64,000 nt of DNA, from the NCBI GenBank assembly GCA_039621445.1, contig CP154954.1:40851572-40915571 (forward strand), read 5' to 3'. A model generated the notes under the pieces. That model did no database searches, was not told where the DNA came from, and worked only from the letters and a program-made list of their open reading frames with translations. Below are positions 26,200-38,255 of the stretch, piece by piece. The translations under genes and the position numbers were made by a program. Source of the DNA: Euglena gracilis. Lineage: Eukaryota. The first letter of the stretch is position 1. Every line of letters starts with the position of its first letter.

Positions 26200-26830
26200 C
26201 CATCCACATGACCGGAGAACGCCGACAGGCACTCCTGGACATGGTCGACGAGTGGGTCAGGGATGAAAAAGTGGAGGATGGGAGAAGTGAGTGGTCCAGC
26301 CCCACGTTCGTGGTGGCCAAGAAAGGGGGAAAGTGGAGGGGGGTGGTGGATTTCAGGGCCCTGAACGAGGCCACGGTGACAGACGCACACCACCTCCCCC
26401 TATCGAAGACATCCTGGTCCAACAGTGTCAACGGGCAATGTACAGTGTGTTGGAGCTAAAGGATGCTTTCCATCAGGTACACATGAGAAAAGAATCCCGA
26501 CCCTACACCCGATGTAGTACACCAAGAGGAACAAAGCAGTGGAAAGTAGTGGTGATGGGGATGAAAAACGGAGTCCCAATTTTCCAGAGGGTCATTGAAT
26601 ACAGCCTGGAGGAGGTCGCAGACAATGCCAACCCCTACTTGGATGACATCACCGTAGGCACAGTTTGGCAGGGAACGGAAGAGGCCACAATCCTCCAACA
26701 CGACAAGGACATCCGCAGAGTCATGGAGGCACTCAAGAAACAGCTGCTCGTAGCCGACATAAAAAAGTGTAAGTTTTTTGTTCATGAAGTGGAATTCTGC
26801 GGACACATCCAGGGGGGAGGACAACGGAGA
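26200..26830 (+). pseudogene. pol: Reverse transcriptase (Gypsy type)
   Basis: WSSPTFVVAKKGGKWRGVVDFRALN, LELKDAFHQV, VMGMKNG, YLDD and KKCKF..EVEFCGH. Confidence 0.95.
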
Positions 26831-27109
26831 CCAGCCCCAGGAAAACGGATGCCTGGAAAAGTGGGAAGAACCGAAAACCATCACAGCCCGCCGCGCATTC
26901 CTGGGTTTCACCAACTACTACTCCTCCTACATCCCAGGATACGCGGAGCTGGCAGCGGATCTGATGGAAAAACTCAAGGTGAAGAAGGGATTGGGGAAAA
27001 AGGGGAGCCAGATGCCTGTGTTTTTCGGGGAGAAGGAACGCAAGGTGTTCCAGGCCATCAGGGACAAACTGTTGGGCAGCCTCAAACTGCAAACGATCAA
27101 CCCCGACAA

Positions 27110-27530
27110 GCCATTCACCCTCCGAGTGGATGCCAGTGGCAGGGCTGTGGGGGCTGCCTTGGAGCAGTTTGTGGAGGATGGATTGGGGAAACCGGACACC
27201 ACAACGGCACAGACCAAGAAAACTGCCCCAGTGGCCCTTTGTTCACGGAAATTGGCACCGGGACAGGTCAGGACTTGGACAGCACGGGACAAGGAAAGAT
27301 ACGCGGTGATACTGGCCCTTCAGAAATGTGCCTCATGGATCGGTATGCAACCGGTGGTCCTGACCGATCACAAAGCAATCGAGTCCTGGGCCACAGAAAA
27401 CCTGGAAACAGCCACAGGGTTGTCGGGACGTAGGGCCAGATGGCACGAACTCCTTTCAAAATTTGATATCACGGTGGCCTACGTACCTGGGAAGGACAAC
27501 GTGGTGGCTGACGCCTTGAGCAGGTGGGCC
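27110..27530 (+). pseudogene. RNase H
   Basis: LRVDASGRAVGAAL, DKERYAV, LTDHKAI, RRARW and GKDNVVADALSR. Confidence 0.93.
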
Positions 27531-28199
27531 TATCCCGCCTCACAGGCGTTTGCCGACGTCAGTGTGCACGGCAGTGAGTAGGATGACCGTCTCATGCAAG
27601 AAATAATCGAACAGGAAGGAGGAAAGCGGCTGCTCAGTGGTTTCAATGAGGGAATTGCTACGGGCACTGAAAAAAATTGGGAGACGCACCCCTCGTTGTG
27701 GCCGTCACAACAAGGGGAGGGGCCAAGACTGGTGAGGATTCGGCCAAAACGAGTAAAGTCACACCAGGGGAGGAGACCCCCGCAGAAAAAACTTCGAGAA
27801 CTTCAAAACCCAAGGACAGGGACACCGAAGGCACACAAGAAGAGGGAACCCCAGAAAAAAAAATGGCCAAGAGGACAGCCACAGAGGAAGACCCCCCTAG
27901 GCGAAGAACCTTGGAAGAGGACCCTGTGGACCCTGCAAAAACAGCAAGTCCAGGGGAGGACGGACTTGAGGACGCGCAGCGTCCCTCATCTTCGACGAGC
28001 CTGCCTGTGGGACCTCCATCAAGGGGAGTGCATGCCCCGGAGCTTCCACCGACAGGGTCGCAGTCGGTGATGGACGAGGACTGGAGGAGCGGGTACAGCG
28101 GGTGCCCCAAGTGGGGCCCTGTGCTCAAGGGGTTGGAGGATTTGGGGTTCAAAGAATGGCCTGAGGGCTTCCGATTTGAAAACGGAATGCTCTTCAAAC

Positions 28200-29280
28200 A
28201 CACACTCTTGTGTGTACCAAGGGATGTCACGGGGAGGGTCGTCAGGGAACACCACGAAGCGGCGGGACACCCAGGGGCTGAACGGCTGTGGGATCAGATG
28301 GGTCGGTGGTTTCTCTTCGCCGACCACCAACACGCAAAAAGGCTGACCAGCAAACTGATGGGGATGTGTGAAACGTGTCAGGTCACTGAACCGAACCATC
28401 AACCCTTCAAGTGTCCGACACAACCAACACCGGTCCTGCCTCACCTGATGGACAGCGTGGCAGTCGACCTCTTTGCACTACCGGAAACCACTTTTGAAGG
28501 GAAACGGTACGACACTTTGGCACTTTGTGTGGACCGATTGAGTGGGTGGATGGTTGCTACCCCCCATCTTAACAAGGGTCTCGCAGCAGAAAAGGTGGCC
28601 AATAAATGTTTCGACAGTGGGATCTGTTCGGAATGCCCTCGGTGGTGAGTTCTGACAGGGGTCCACAGTTCACAGCATCCTAGTGGAAAACTCTGTGCGC
28701 GGCACACGGTGTAAGGGTTGCTTATGGACAGGCTTACCACCATCAGGCGAACGGAAGGGCAGAGGTACCGGGCAGCAGGTGATGCGGAAACTTGCAAAGC
28801 TGGCTGCAGAAAACGGTGTCCCGTGTGTGGAACTCCTCCCACGGGCAATGAGAGCCATTCACGACGTGCCTGGGGAGGCTGGACTGTCCCCCTACGAGAT
28901 TGTTTTTGGGCGAAACCGACCGTTGTGTGGGATTCCGCACAAACCACAGCAGGAGGCCGAATGTACGACAGAATTCCTCAAACGAATGAAGGAACAAGAC
29001 AGGTGGGTGGCACAAACGCTCAATGAAAAACTGGAGGCTCGGAAAGAGGCTGTGAACCAGAAACGACGTGAACCCCCAGCCCTGAAAATTGGTTCCAAGG
29101 TTTGGTACCAACCTGAACGACAGCCTGGAACCGACAAGTTGGAAACCAGGTGGAAAGGGCCAGCGGTGGTTTTGGAAAGAGTGGGAGACCACTCGTACGT
29201 GGTGGAGCTTAAACCAGGGAAACGGCAGCCGGCCCACCGTTCCCAACTGAAACAACACGTGGAAGACCTTTACTCAACTA
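28200..29280 (+). pseudogene. Integrase (HHCC zinc finger, DDE core, GPY-like module)
   Basis: HHEAAGHPG...CETCQ, VAVDLF, CVDRLSG, SDRGPQF, QANGRAE, GLSPYEIVFGR and KLETRWKGP. Confidence 0.92.
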
Positions 29281-29344
29281 CCCCCGTGCCCTTGTATTTT
29301 TGGTGTGGAAAGGCTCAAGAACTGAAAAACTGGAGGTTGGACCT

Positions 29345-29500
29345 GACGAGTGGGAGGTGGAAAGGGTGCTCAACCACCGACACCAAAACAGGAAGACGGA
29401 ATTTTTGGTGCGGTGGAAAGGATTTGGGCCAGAAGACGACCAATGGGAACCACTGGGGATTTTTTTCTTTAGAACCAATAAGGACGTGGTTGCCTATTGT
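29345..29500 (+). pseudogene. Chromodomain at the integrase C-terminus
   Basis: EWEVERVLNHRHQNRKTEFLVRWKGFGPEDDQWEP. Confidence 0.9.
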
Positions 29501-31495
29501 GTGGAGAACGGGGTGGAATTGGACGCAAAGGAATTGTTGAAAATGATGAAGTGACAAGGTTCCTTGTCTTCTTCATCCACACATTCCATCACAGATGACC
29601 CGACATCGACGTCAACAACGCCAACACCAACCTCAACAACAGCAACATCACCACCCCTACTTTCGACCTCAGCCCCCTCGATGGCCATCCCCTCCCCCAT
29701 ACCAACCACCCCCAACCACTGACTTCATCATCCCCACCATTCTACCCCCACCCCTACGCAAGGCCCTCGTGGCCGAGCTCCCCCCCGCCAGCTGCTGTAG
29801 AACGCCCACACCCACCCCTACCCAGCCTACAAGCTACCCTCCACCCCCAGCCATACACATACCCACCCCAATACCACCCCAGCCCACCCCAACAACGACA
29901 CCCCCCCCCGGAGGGATGGCGGGCGCTCCATCTGCAGCAGCCCCCGCAGCCCCCGCTCCCTCAGCCCCCCCCTCTACCTCGGGACCCCGGACCGGAGCCC
30001 GTCGCCCCGGCGTCGCCGACCTCCCCCTCCTCCTCCGACAACGACTCGCCCCCGCGACGCCCCACCCCCTGGTGCCTCCGGGACCTCTGGGGCTAGCTCC
30101 CCCCTGGAGGCTCCCCCCCCCTAATATTGGTTCGGGCTGCCCCCCCCCCCCCCCGCAGCCCCCTTTACCTGTCCAGAGCCCTCGGACCGTTTCTTCAACC
30201 GCAGTGGGAAGGGAAGCTGTCCCACACTGAACCTGGGGCGCCCCCCCCCCCACACCGGGTGCTCCCCCCAACACCGAACCTAGGGTGCCCCCCCCCCCCT
30301 CAGCGAACCAGGGTACCCCCCGCAGGACCTGGGTTCCCCCCCAACGGGCAGCGCAAGGTCGGGGCAGAAAATTTTTATTAAAAAAAAAGAGGGGAGCGGC
30401 CCTTGGCGCCTGCCGTTTTCCCCCCCGACAAGGGACCTGGGATGGGTCCAGCCACCACACCAAAAAAGCAAAAAAAACCAAAAAAAAACGAAAAAAGACG
30501 AAAAAGGAAAAGCAGAGGGGCCCAGCCAACTGCCCCCCCACCAAAAACAGGGACCGTGGGCAGCGCTTGGCGCCTGCCCCCCCCCCGTCGACGAAGGGCC
30601 CAGAAGGGGGGGCAACCCCGGACCTGCAAAAAACAAAAACCAGATCCTGGGTTGGCCACACCTGGTCTGACCCAAAGCGTAGAGGGCTCAACTGAAACCC
30701 AGCAGCCCTCTGCTTAATTTGTGCATTTTTCAACTCGGCAGACGCTTGACGAAAGAGAGGGGGTTGAACGGAAGTCGGGCATTAATGAACCTGCTGCCCC
30801 TCCCACGCCTGACAGAGCTGGGGGCACCAGGACACACCCCTGGGAGCATTCAAAAAAAAATTGAAAACAAATTTTTGGCTGAGGTGGGCAGCGCTTGCCA
30901 GCCCTCCCCCCCCCCCGGTACAGCTGGACCTGGGGGGGGGGGGTGCGCCACCGAGACTGAAAAAAAAACACACAAAAAAAAGAAAACCACCGGGGGTCCA
31001 GCCAACTGCCCCCCCATAAAAAACAAAAAAAAATATTTTTTTTTGGCTGGGGACGGTGCTGGACGCCTGCCCCCCCCCCTATGGGGGGAACCAGCCACCT
31101 GACCTCCCCTGAAAAAAAAACTGGCCCTGCCCCAGTCTCATTTTGACCGAAAGACCCCGACTCAGCCTTCGCTTGATTTTTGTGTAAATTCGCCCCTGGC
31201 CTGCTACTGACCGCTTGGTAGGCGGAGGCGGAACCGCCCGAACGGGAGCTGCCCCCTTCTCAAAAAAAACGGGGGCTGTGGTAGGCGCCTGGCGCCTGCC
31301 CCCCCCCCCCACACGACAAGGGACCTGCGGGGGACACCCACCTGAAGAAAAAAAACAAACAACCAGGCCAACCCCTCCCCGAGGGATCGTTTGACCAGCC
31401 TGTGACCAAAAACATGAATGGCCCAGCCCCGTTGCAACAAACGCGACTCCGCACCCCTGCCTAAGTGAGTCGAGAAGAGTTGTAAACAACTCGTT

Positions 31496-31506
31496 GGGAA
31501 GGGGAG
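31496..31506 (+). promoter_or_regulatory. Polypurine tract
   Basis: GGGAAGGGGAG directly before the 3' LTR. Confidence 0.85.
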
Positions 31507-32213
31507 TGTGAGTCAGGGGTGCTGAGTGCCCTTGTTAGTTAGCTGACCACACGCGCTAACCTTCAAAGCAAACCCAGGCGCCAACAGAACTAACCAGGGG
31601 ACTTGACCCAACCAGGGGCCTACAGTTTCTATGATGAAACAATTTGGAAAATACCCTCCTAACTGAATTTTAACCTCTGACCACATTTTAACCACTGACT
31701 TTGCAACCCGTTCCACAGGGATCTGTCACTACTCTGTCATTACTCAATCTGATTATCCATTTGCCATTGGCATATTTGGTTGAAGTTTCAAGTCAATTCA
31801 AGTTTGTCAGGAATTCATTGAAGTGGAAGTTGATTATCTGTTCAAGTATTGGTCTTGTAGTCTGAAGTGAAGTCTGAAGCAGGAGTTGTTGCTGCCGGTG
31901 TGCCTAAGAAGTTTCCCCTGTTCGCGGGCATCGAAGACTGCTCACTGACCACGACCTGCAATTTGAAAACATTTCGCTGCTTTGAGCAAGACCTACAGGT
32001 GTCTCCTACCCGATTTGTGACCCTCCAAGGACCTACCACACCAACCCCAAAAAGGAGAACGGTCTTTTCAAACCACAGGAAATGAAACAATTTTTAACAA
32101 AGGCCGCGCGGGGAATTGAAATTCAACTGGGCAGGGTGATCGATCCAATGCGGGGACAGGGAAACCCCATGGACCTGGAACAAGCGGAGCAGCAAAGGGG
32201 GTTATCCCGTACA
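31507..32213 (+). repeat. 3' LTR
   Basis: TGTGAGTC...CCCGTACA, direct repeat of 19093-19800. Confidence 0.95.
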
Positions 32214-32789
32214 AAAGGCAAATATAAAAAGCATCACCATTGAACAAAAAAAATTGCAACCAAATGCTTGAAATGCTGCCATTTTTGTGGAATTGGAACT
32301 TGAACAATCACGGAAGCATGCAACAAAAACGATTGTATTTCCCACCCTTGTGTGCTTGTGGTGGACATTTTCTGAAGAGAGAAATTCGAGCGGGCCGTGC
32401 GTGCAGGGGGGGTGCTATAGCACTACCAACCCCAAATCCCGACCCCCCCCCTCGGGAGGTTGAAAGTGCCTTACCACCCTAACTGCCCAAAACACCCCAC
32501 CCAGGGGGGGTGTGACTTTCCCTAAAAACAACCCTGTTTCCCGCACGGAAACCCCCATCAGAAAAGAATTTTTGCACCCCCGCCCAGGCTCAGGTGGATT
32601 TTTTCTATTTTTGGTCTTCTTGCTCAGTGAAAATATTGGGGTAAATGGGCAAGAAGTTTTGGCATTGCTCAGCAAGAGCAGGTCGACGCCAGGAAAAAAA
32701 AATTGATTCCTGGCACCCTCGGACCAGCTTCCATCCACCCAAATCATCACAACCGTGCTTTTCGACTGTTCAATTTTTTTTGCCCTCAT

Positions 32790-34262
32790 TCAAGTCCCAG
32801 TCTGGCCCTTAGCCGGCCGACAGGGGGTGGCGGTCCTTGACGAAATTAAAAAACAGCTTTCCTGTCCCTTAAGGACCGCCCAGCCATAGGGGCGAGAGGT
32901 CACGTCGTAACGTCGGAGCAGGATCGTCGGCTGACTCCGGCGGGGCGGAAATAAGCAGTGACTCCTGCTCCAAAGCGCCGCAGCCCAAACAGCGCCGCCG
33001 TCGCGCAAGGTCTTTGTGTGTCGCTCTGGCTCGAGAGAGTGCGATCCCTGCTCGGGTTTTCTTTTCCTCGCGGGAGTAAGAGGGCTGGCCCGAGCATGCT
33101 TGGGCTTACCAACCGGGGGGTGGCTGCTGTAGAGTGCCTTCTCCTAGCCGGTCCACCCCACCCTCCAAAGGGGAATAGGGGTCCACGTTTTTTTCGTTGA
33201 ACATGGCCTTTTCCGCGCCCCCGGCTCCGGGGTCGAGGGGGGTGCCTGCTAGACCACTCGGGCTTCGCACTTCGGTTGGGTGAGATCCTGCTTGTTTGTG
33301 CCGGCTGTTTGTTCATGGTGTGTTCTTTGGCGCGGTTCTTCTTACTAATTTTTGTTGCCGGAGTTGGTGGACCCTAATCGCCCTTTGGACCACAAGCAAT
33401 CATGTCGACATTAATCACATCCGAGAGTTTGTCGTCTACAGACGAGAGCGTCTACAACGACGCCTGGGGACGTCTGTTCTTGGCCCCCGGTGAAGTACGC
33501 GCCTTGCTGAAGACAAAATAAATGGAGAAGCTTCAAGGTGTGCTGCAAGCCGGACAAGCGTGGAATGGTGGAGGATGGACTTCGATAAAATGCGCCAGAG
33601 CCATACGAAGACTCACGGGGATAGCATTAGTCAGCGAAAACTTCGTGGACTACCTGAACAGCTTCTTGTACAGCCTCGTCTTGGTGGCCAACGTGGACAT
33701 GGCCCTGTTGGAGTTATCGGACAAGTTTGCGGATGTTGTGTTCCATCTCTCCGACGTCTGGGCTGGGCGCATGAACTCAACGGAGAAGCTGCGTCGGGAA
33801 CGCGCCCCGCCGCGAAGAGCGGCGGCGCGGGCGACGCCATGGACACAGAGTAAGAAGGGACAGGCGGAAGATGAGGAGCGGTTGCCCTGGGAGGCACCGT
33901 CTCTGCAGCTGCCAGGAGACCTGGCGCTCTTTGTAAAAAAGGCACAACGAGGAGAGAGACTAGACATGAGGCATGCCTAGCAAGACGTACCAGTGTCTTC
34001 TGGAATGAAACATAGGGCAGAAGACAACAATCACCAAGCCGATGGCCGTTCAATCGTTGACAAATTTACGAAGGGAGTGCAACAACGTATGCTGAACGCC
34101 ATGAGGCCGCTGGCAACATTACACCCCATTGTGCTGCAGCAGGAGGACACGTCTTATCACCAGCTGTGTCAACAACTGTTTTACTATTTGGCTGAAACAG
34201 AAGCGCAACTCCTGCGGGAGAGAAAGCGCAGGAGCATCCTTGGAGCTGTGATGGAGTCCAGG
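32790..34262 (+). mobile_element. 5' fragment of a DIRS-like element with gag-like ORF remnants
   Basis: Shared terminal motif at ~33250-33370 followed by ORFs 33522..33980 and 33993..34268 (same frame, one stop between them). Confidence 0.45.
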
Positions 34263-34629
34263 GGGTGACTGACTGGTTTTTTTCAGAGTTACTGACTGGT
34301 TTTTTGGCCAAGAGCCCCCCCCCCCCCGGGTGGGTAGGCCAGAAAATGAAAAAGTGGCTGGCCTGGCGCCAAACGCGCCGGAAAAATTTTGGACTTTTTG
34401 AGATTTTTAGGCAAATTTTCATTGTTTCATGATGAGTGGCCGATCCCCCCCAGGGGGGGGGGTAAAGTGACTGACTGGTTTTTTTCGGAAAAAGTGATTG
34501 ACTGGTTTTTTCAGAGTGGAAAGTGACCCCCCCCCCCTCCCCCCTGGGGGTCGCTAAGCAATGGTATGGTGGGGACTAGCTGACCTCGTCCCGGGGGCAC
34601 CCCCCCCCCCCAGTTCCTGACATTGACAC

Positions 34630-35014
34630 CAGGGTTTGATATAAGGAGGGCGTACATGGTTTAGGTGGGGGGGGTGTCCCCCCACCCCCCCCCCCCTCCT
34701 GGCCCGCAGGGGGGGTCTGGACCACCCCCCCCCCCACGTGCCAGGGGGGTCCGGACCGACCCTGGGGGGCATCCGAGACCCCCCCAAAATGGTCAATTTT
34801 TTTCCTCCGGCGCTTCGCACCGAAAATTTTTTGCATTTTTGGCATCTTTTTGCCCAAAAAATGCCCAAAATGGCACTTTTGGTCGTTTTTGGGGGGTCAA
34901 AAATTTTCGGTCACCCAGACCGCGCCACTGTTTAGGTGGGGGGGTGTCCCCCCCCCCCTCCTGGCCCGCAGGGGGGGTCCGGACCCCCCCCACCTGTGCT
35001 TATATCGAACCCTG
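34630..35014. mobile_element. hAT-type MITE
   Basis: TIR CAGGGTTTGATATAAG / CTTATATCGAACCCTG; 8-bp TSD ATTGACAC / ATTGGCAC. Confidence 0.85.
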
Positions 35015-35335
35015 ATTGGCACTCTATTCTCCATCTTTGCCAATTTTCTTTTTTTCCTTGAAATGAATAATGCTTGCTTTCGGGGGGGCAGTTATGCTAA
35101 ATGTGCAAAATAAAAAAAAACATGAAGAAAATGTGTTATTTTTTTTCGAAACCGACCATTTTTTCCAGAGCGACTGTTTGATTTTTTTTTGGCCCGACCC
35201 CTGCCCCCCCCCCCCCCCGGTATGAGTAATTTGGTTTTCTCTGATCGACAAATGTCTTTGTGAGGGTGAACTTTATGGAAGTGGCACATGGGTGTGGTTG
35301 TGGGTGTGGGGGTGAGTGGGTGGCTGTGCATGCAT

Positions 35336-35546
35336 CAGGGGGTTTTTTTTTCACCTTTGGACCCCCAGGGAAGATGGGGAGGTTTAAAAAAGTTTCGGGG
35401 CTGAAGGTGCGGAAAATTTTTGAAAAAAGCATATCCCGCCCGGGGGGGTAGACCAGACCAGACCACTCGGCCAGACCCACCCACCTTATCCCCCCCCCAG
35501 GGGGGTCGGTGGGTGGGAGACACCCCCGGTCACAAAAAAACCGCTG
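35336..35546. mobile_element. MITE inserted in a diverged copy of the 1.18-kb unit
   Basis: CAGGGGGTTTTTTTT / AAAAAAACCGCTG; absent from the homologous position at ~46330; TSD poorly conserved. Confidence 0.55.
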
Positions 35547-35559
35547 GTTAGCGTGGTGC

Positions 35560-36262
35560 CCCCCACTGTTCATCTCCCCATTCTCAGGTGATGAAACGGC
35601 AGACAGAGAAGGGGGCAGGATGTATCTTTATTTCCCCACAAGGAGCAGTTATTGGACCTGGGAGGCTGCAGCAGGATGGCTTTCAAGTCCCGTATTGAGA
35701 ATTTCCAGACGTTGTGGGTGTGCGCCAACTAGGAGGTGCAGTACCCGCACCCCAGGGATGTATGGGAAGCCCTTTGGGTTTGGGGTAGATGGTGCGGTGG
35801 GAGGGGGTCCCAACCCCCGCCCCCCAATGGGGTACGGTGGTTGGGTCCAGGCCCCCCTTGGTTCCGAAAACGTGGAGAGTTGTGGGCAGTCAATGGGCTG
35901 GATGCCAAGCCAAGGTTGTTCAAAAAATAACTGCTTTTTTCTCTCTCAAAAAAACTCCCAAAAAATGCTCATTTTGGCCATTTTTTTTTGCATGCGGAAA
36001 ACACCAAAACATCAAAAATGTTCAATACGCTTCATAATGAGGGGGCAATTTTCTTGCTTTTCTGGGATGCAGCAGTGGCAGAAAGTGATGGAAAATTTTG
36101 TGAGCGCTTGATGTTTCGAGGTTGGAGGCGGGGTCCGACCCTCCCCCTCCCGTGTTGGGAGGGTCAGACACCCCCTCCCCCTCAGGGCTTCCCATACGCC
36201 CCTGCCGCACCCGGAGGACAGTTCTTCCCGAGAAGGTGTGGCACTGCTGTTATGCGGTCAAG
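35560..36262. repeat. Diverged dispersed copy of part of the 1.18-kb tandem unit
   Basis: ttctcaggtgatgaaacggcaga...cagggatgtatgggaagcc...ctgttatgcggtcaag matches 46370-47058. Confidence 0.85.
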
Positions 36263-36279
36263 CAGTGCAAGTCTGACCT

Positions 36280-36696
36280 CACATAACCCCCCCCCAAAAA
36301 AATAAGACCCGGGTCTTATTTTTGGGTCCGTTGCTGGAAGCCTCCAGGGGGGTCTTATTTTTGAGGGGAGTTTTATTTTTGGATTTTTTCTTGACCGACC
36401 CGGGCCCGAAAAAAACACCATTTTTCAGGTTCCCGAGAGTGCTAATTTTTTTTCCTTCGGCGCTTCACGCGAGGTGTAAATTGGTGTAATTTGACATTTA
36501 CCCTTTTTTTTCCACTTCAAAAATCTGAAATTTTTTGAAATTTCATCATTTTTATGCATGAAATTGGGGTTTTTGGTAATTTTTCAGGGAAAAAATTCAC
36601 CGTCCCCAGCGCTTCGCGCCGTCAAGGGGGGTCTTATTTTTGGATTTTTGCTCGATCAGCCCAGGGGGGGTCTTATTTTTTTGGGGGGGTTTATGG
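36280..36696. mobile_element. TIR-bounded non-autonomous element
   Basis: cataa-C-run-A-run-taagaccc at the left end and its reverse complement gggtcttatttttttgggggggtttatg at the right end; internal gggtcttattt repeats. Confidence 0.6.
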
Positions 36697-37119
36697 CAGG
36701 CGTTTTCCTCTTGACGCCAGTTGTGTGTTGCCCTGCTTGTTGTTGGCCAAAGGAGCGGTAGGGCCGTCCAGGGCTCTAACAGGTGGGGTGTTGACCAGCA
36801 GCGCCATGGGATGCATGGTGGTTGTTGGGGGGGGGGAATGGGTTGATGGAGAAGCACAGTGGCTCGTGCACCAACAGGCCACCCACCTGACAATTTTGGA
36901 GGAGGACCAAGGTAATCAGTGACACAGCAACACACCAACCCCCCCCCAAAATGGAACTCAAGTTCAGTCAAGGTTCAACCTGTTGTTGCAAAGTCCTGTG
37001 GGTGGTTGTGTTTGAGTTGTTGGACACCACACCGTTGCTTCGCCGCTTTGTTTGTTTTTCTGGCACGACAAGCATTCACTGCACCTCCCTGTCCCACATT
37101 TTGCAGGCTGCATCTGGGG

Positions 37120-37389
37120 CAGGCTGTATTTTAGTCGGGTGTTGACCACACCCCGGGGGGGGGGTGCCTGCCTGGGCAGGCACTCCAAGGCACGCCCAAT
37201 CCGCCCCCCGGGGGGGGGGGGGGGCAGGGCACACGCCAAAAGTGCCCTAACCCCGGTGGCGAAGGCGCCAGGGAGCCAAAAATAGCCTATTTTCAAAGGA
37301 ATGTGCCTGGGGCCCGACCCTGGGGGGGGGTGCCTGCCTGGGCAGGCACTTCGGACCCCACCCCCCCGGGGTTGGTGAAAAACAGCCTG
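37120..37389. mobile_element. hAT-type MITE
   Basis: TIR CAGGCTGTATTT / AAAAACAGCCTG; perfect 8-bp TSD ATCTGGGG. Confidence 0.9.
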
Positions 37390-38255
37390 ATCTGGGGCAA
37401 ATATGTGAGAATTTGACGGTTTGCACAAGGGGGTGTTCCTGCTTCTGTACACCAGAGAACCAATGCCCCCCTCACTCCCCCCTTGGTGTTGTGCAGGGCG
37501 AGGATGTCGCTGGCGGCCCACACCACCTCCCCCCCACCGCCGCCGCAGCACCGGGACGGCGTGGTGGGCCGGCAGGGCAGCATAGGGCAGAACCGGAATC
37601 GGCCAAACAGCCAGTGTGGTGGGTGGGGGGGTCGACCCCCCCCGCCACGTCTTCCCATATTTCAAGGAGCACCAATTTCTGGACCCAAAATTTTTTCTTA
37701 AGAAAAAAAATATCAGTAAAATTTGATTGTGCCAGGATTCTGTCAAGTTTTTTTAAGCTTCGTTTCTTTCACCCCCTTGAAAAGTACCGATTTCTGGATT
37801 ATTTTCAGTTTTTTTTGTGAAAAAAGTGTGTTTGGCATAAAAATGAATGTATTTTTTTCCCAAAAAGAATTTCAAAAATTTTCCCCGGCCAAAATCCCCG
37901 TTTTCCCAAAATTGGTGAAAATGCTGTGGTGGGGGGGGTCGACTCCCCCCACCAGGTTTTCTCGTTCTGCGGTGGGGAAGGAGGACAGCGCTGCCGCAGC
38001 AGTTGGCCTGGCCTCCCCTTTGGTGGTGCAAAGGGTTTGGCCATCCAACCCCCCCCCCCCCCACCGCCGCCATGGAGGTCCCCCCACCACTGCTCCCTTC
38101 CCCCCCCCCAGATCAACGTGGGTGAATGGCGCCGAGCGATCAGGTGGATCTTGACAGCCAAATGCGGCCCGCAGCAACAGGCAGCTTTCCTGTTCATTTT
38201 CTGAGGTCGGGGTTGGAGGAAAAAATGGCAATGACCAAAAGTGGGGTGGAATGCA

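Larger units (their letters stand above)
19093..32213 (+). mobile_element. Full-length, decayed Ty3/Gypsy chromovirus-type LTR retrotransposon carrying two DNA methyltransferase domains
   Basis: Paired LTRs, PBS and PPT; domain order gag-MTase-MTase-PR-RT-RH-IN-chromodomain; flanks GAAGGC / AAAGGC. Confidence 0.95.

Noticed and set aside
29595-31489. env-like or extra ORF downstream of integrase
   Set aside because: Pro-rich frames arise from C runs; no signal peptide, transmembrane segment or recognisable motif
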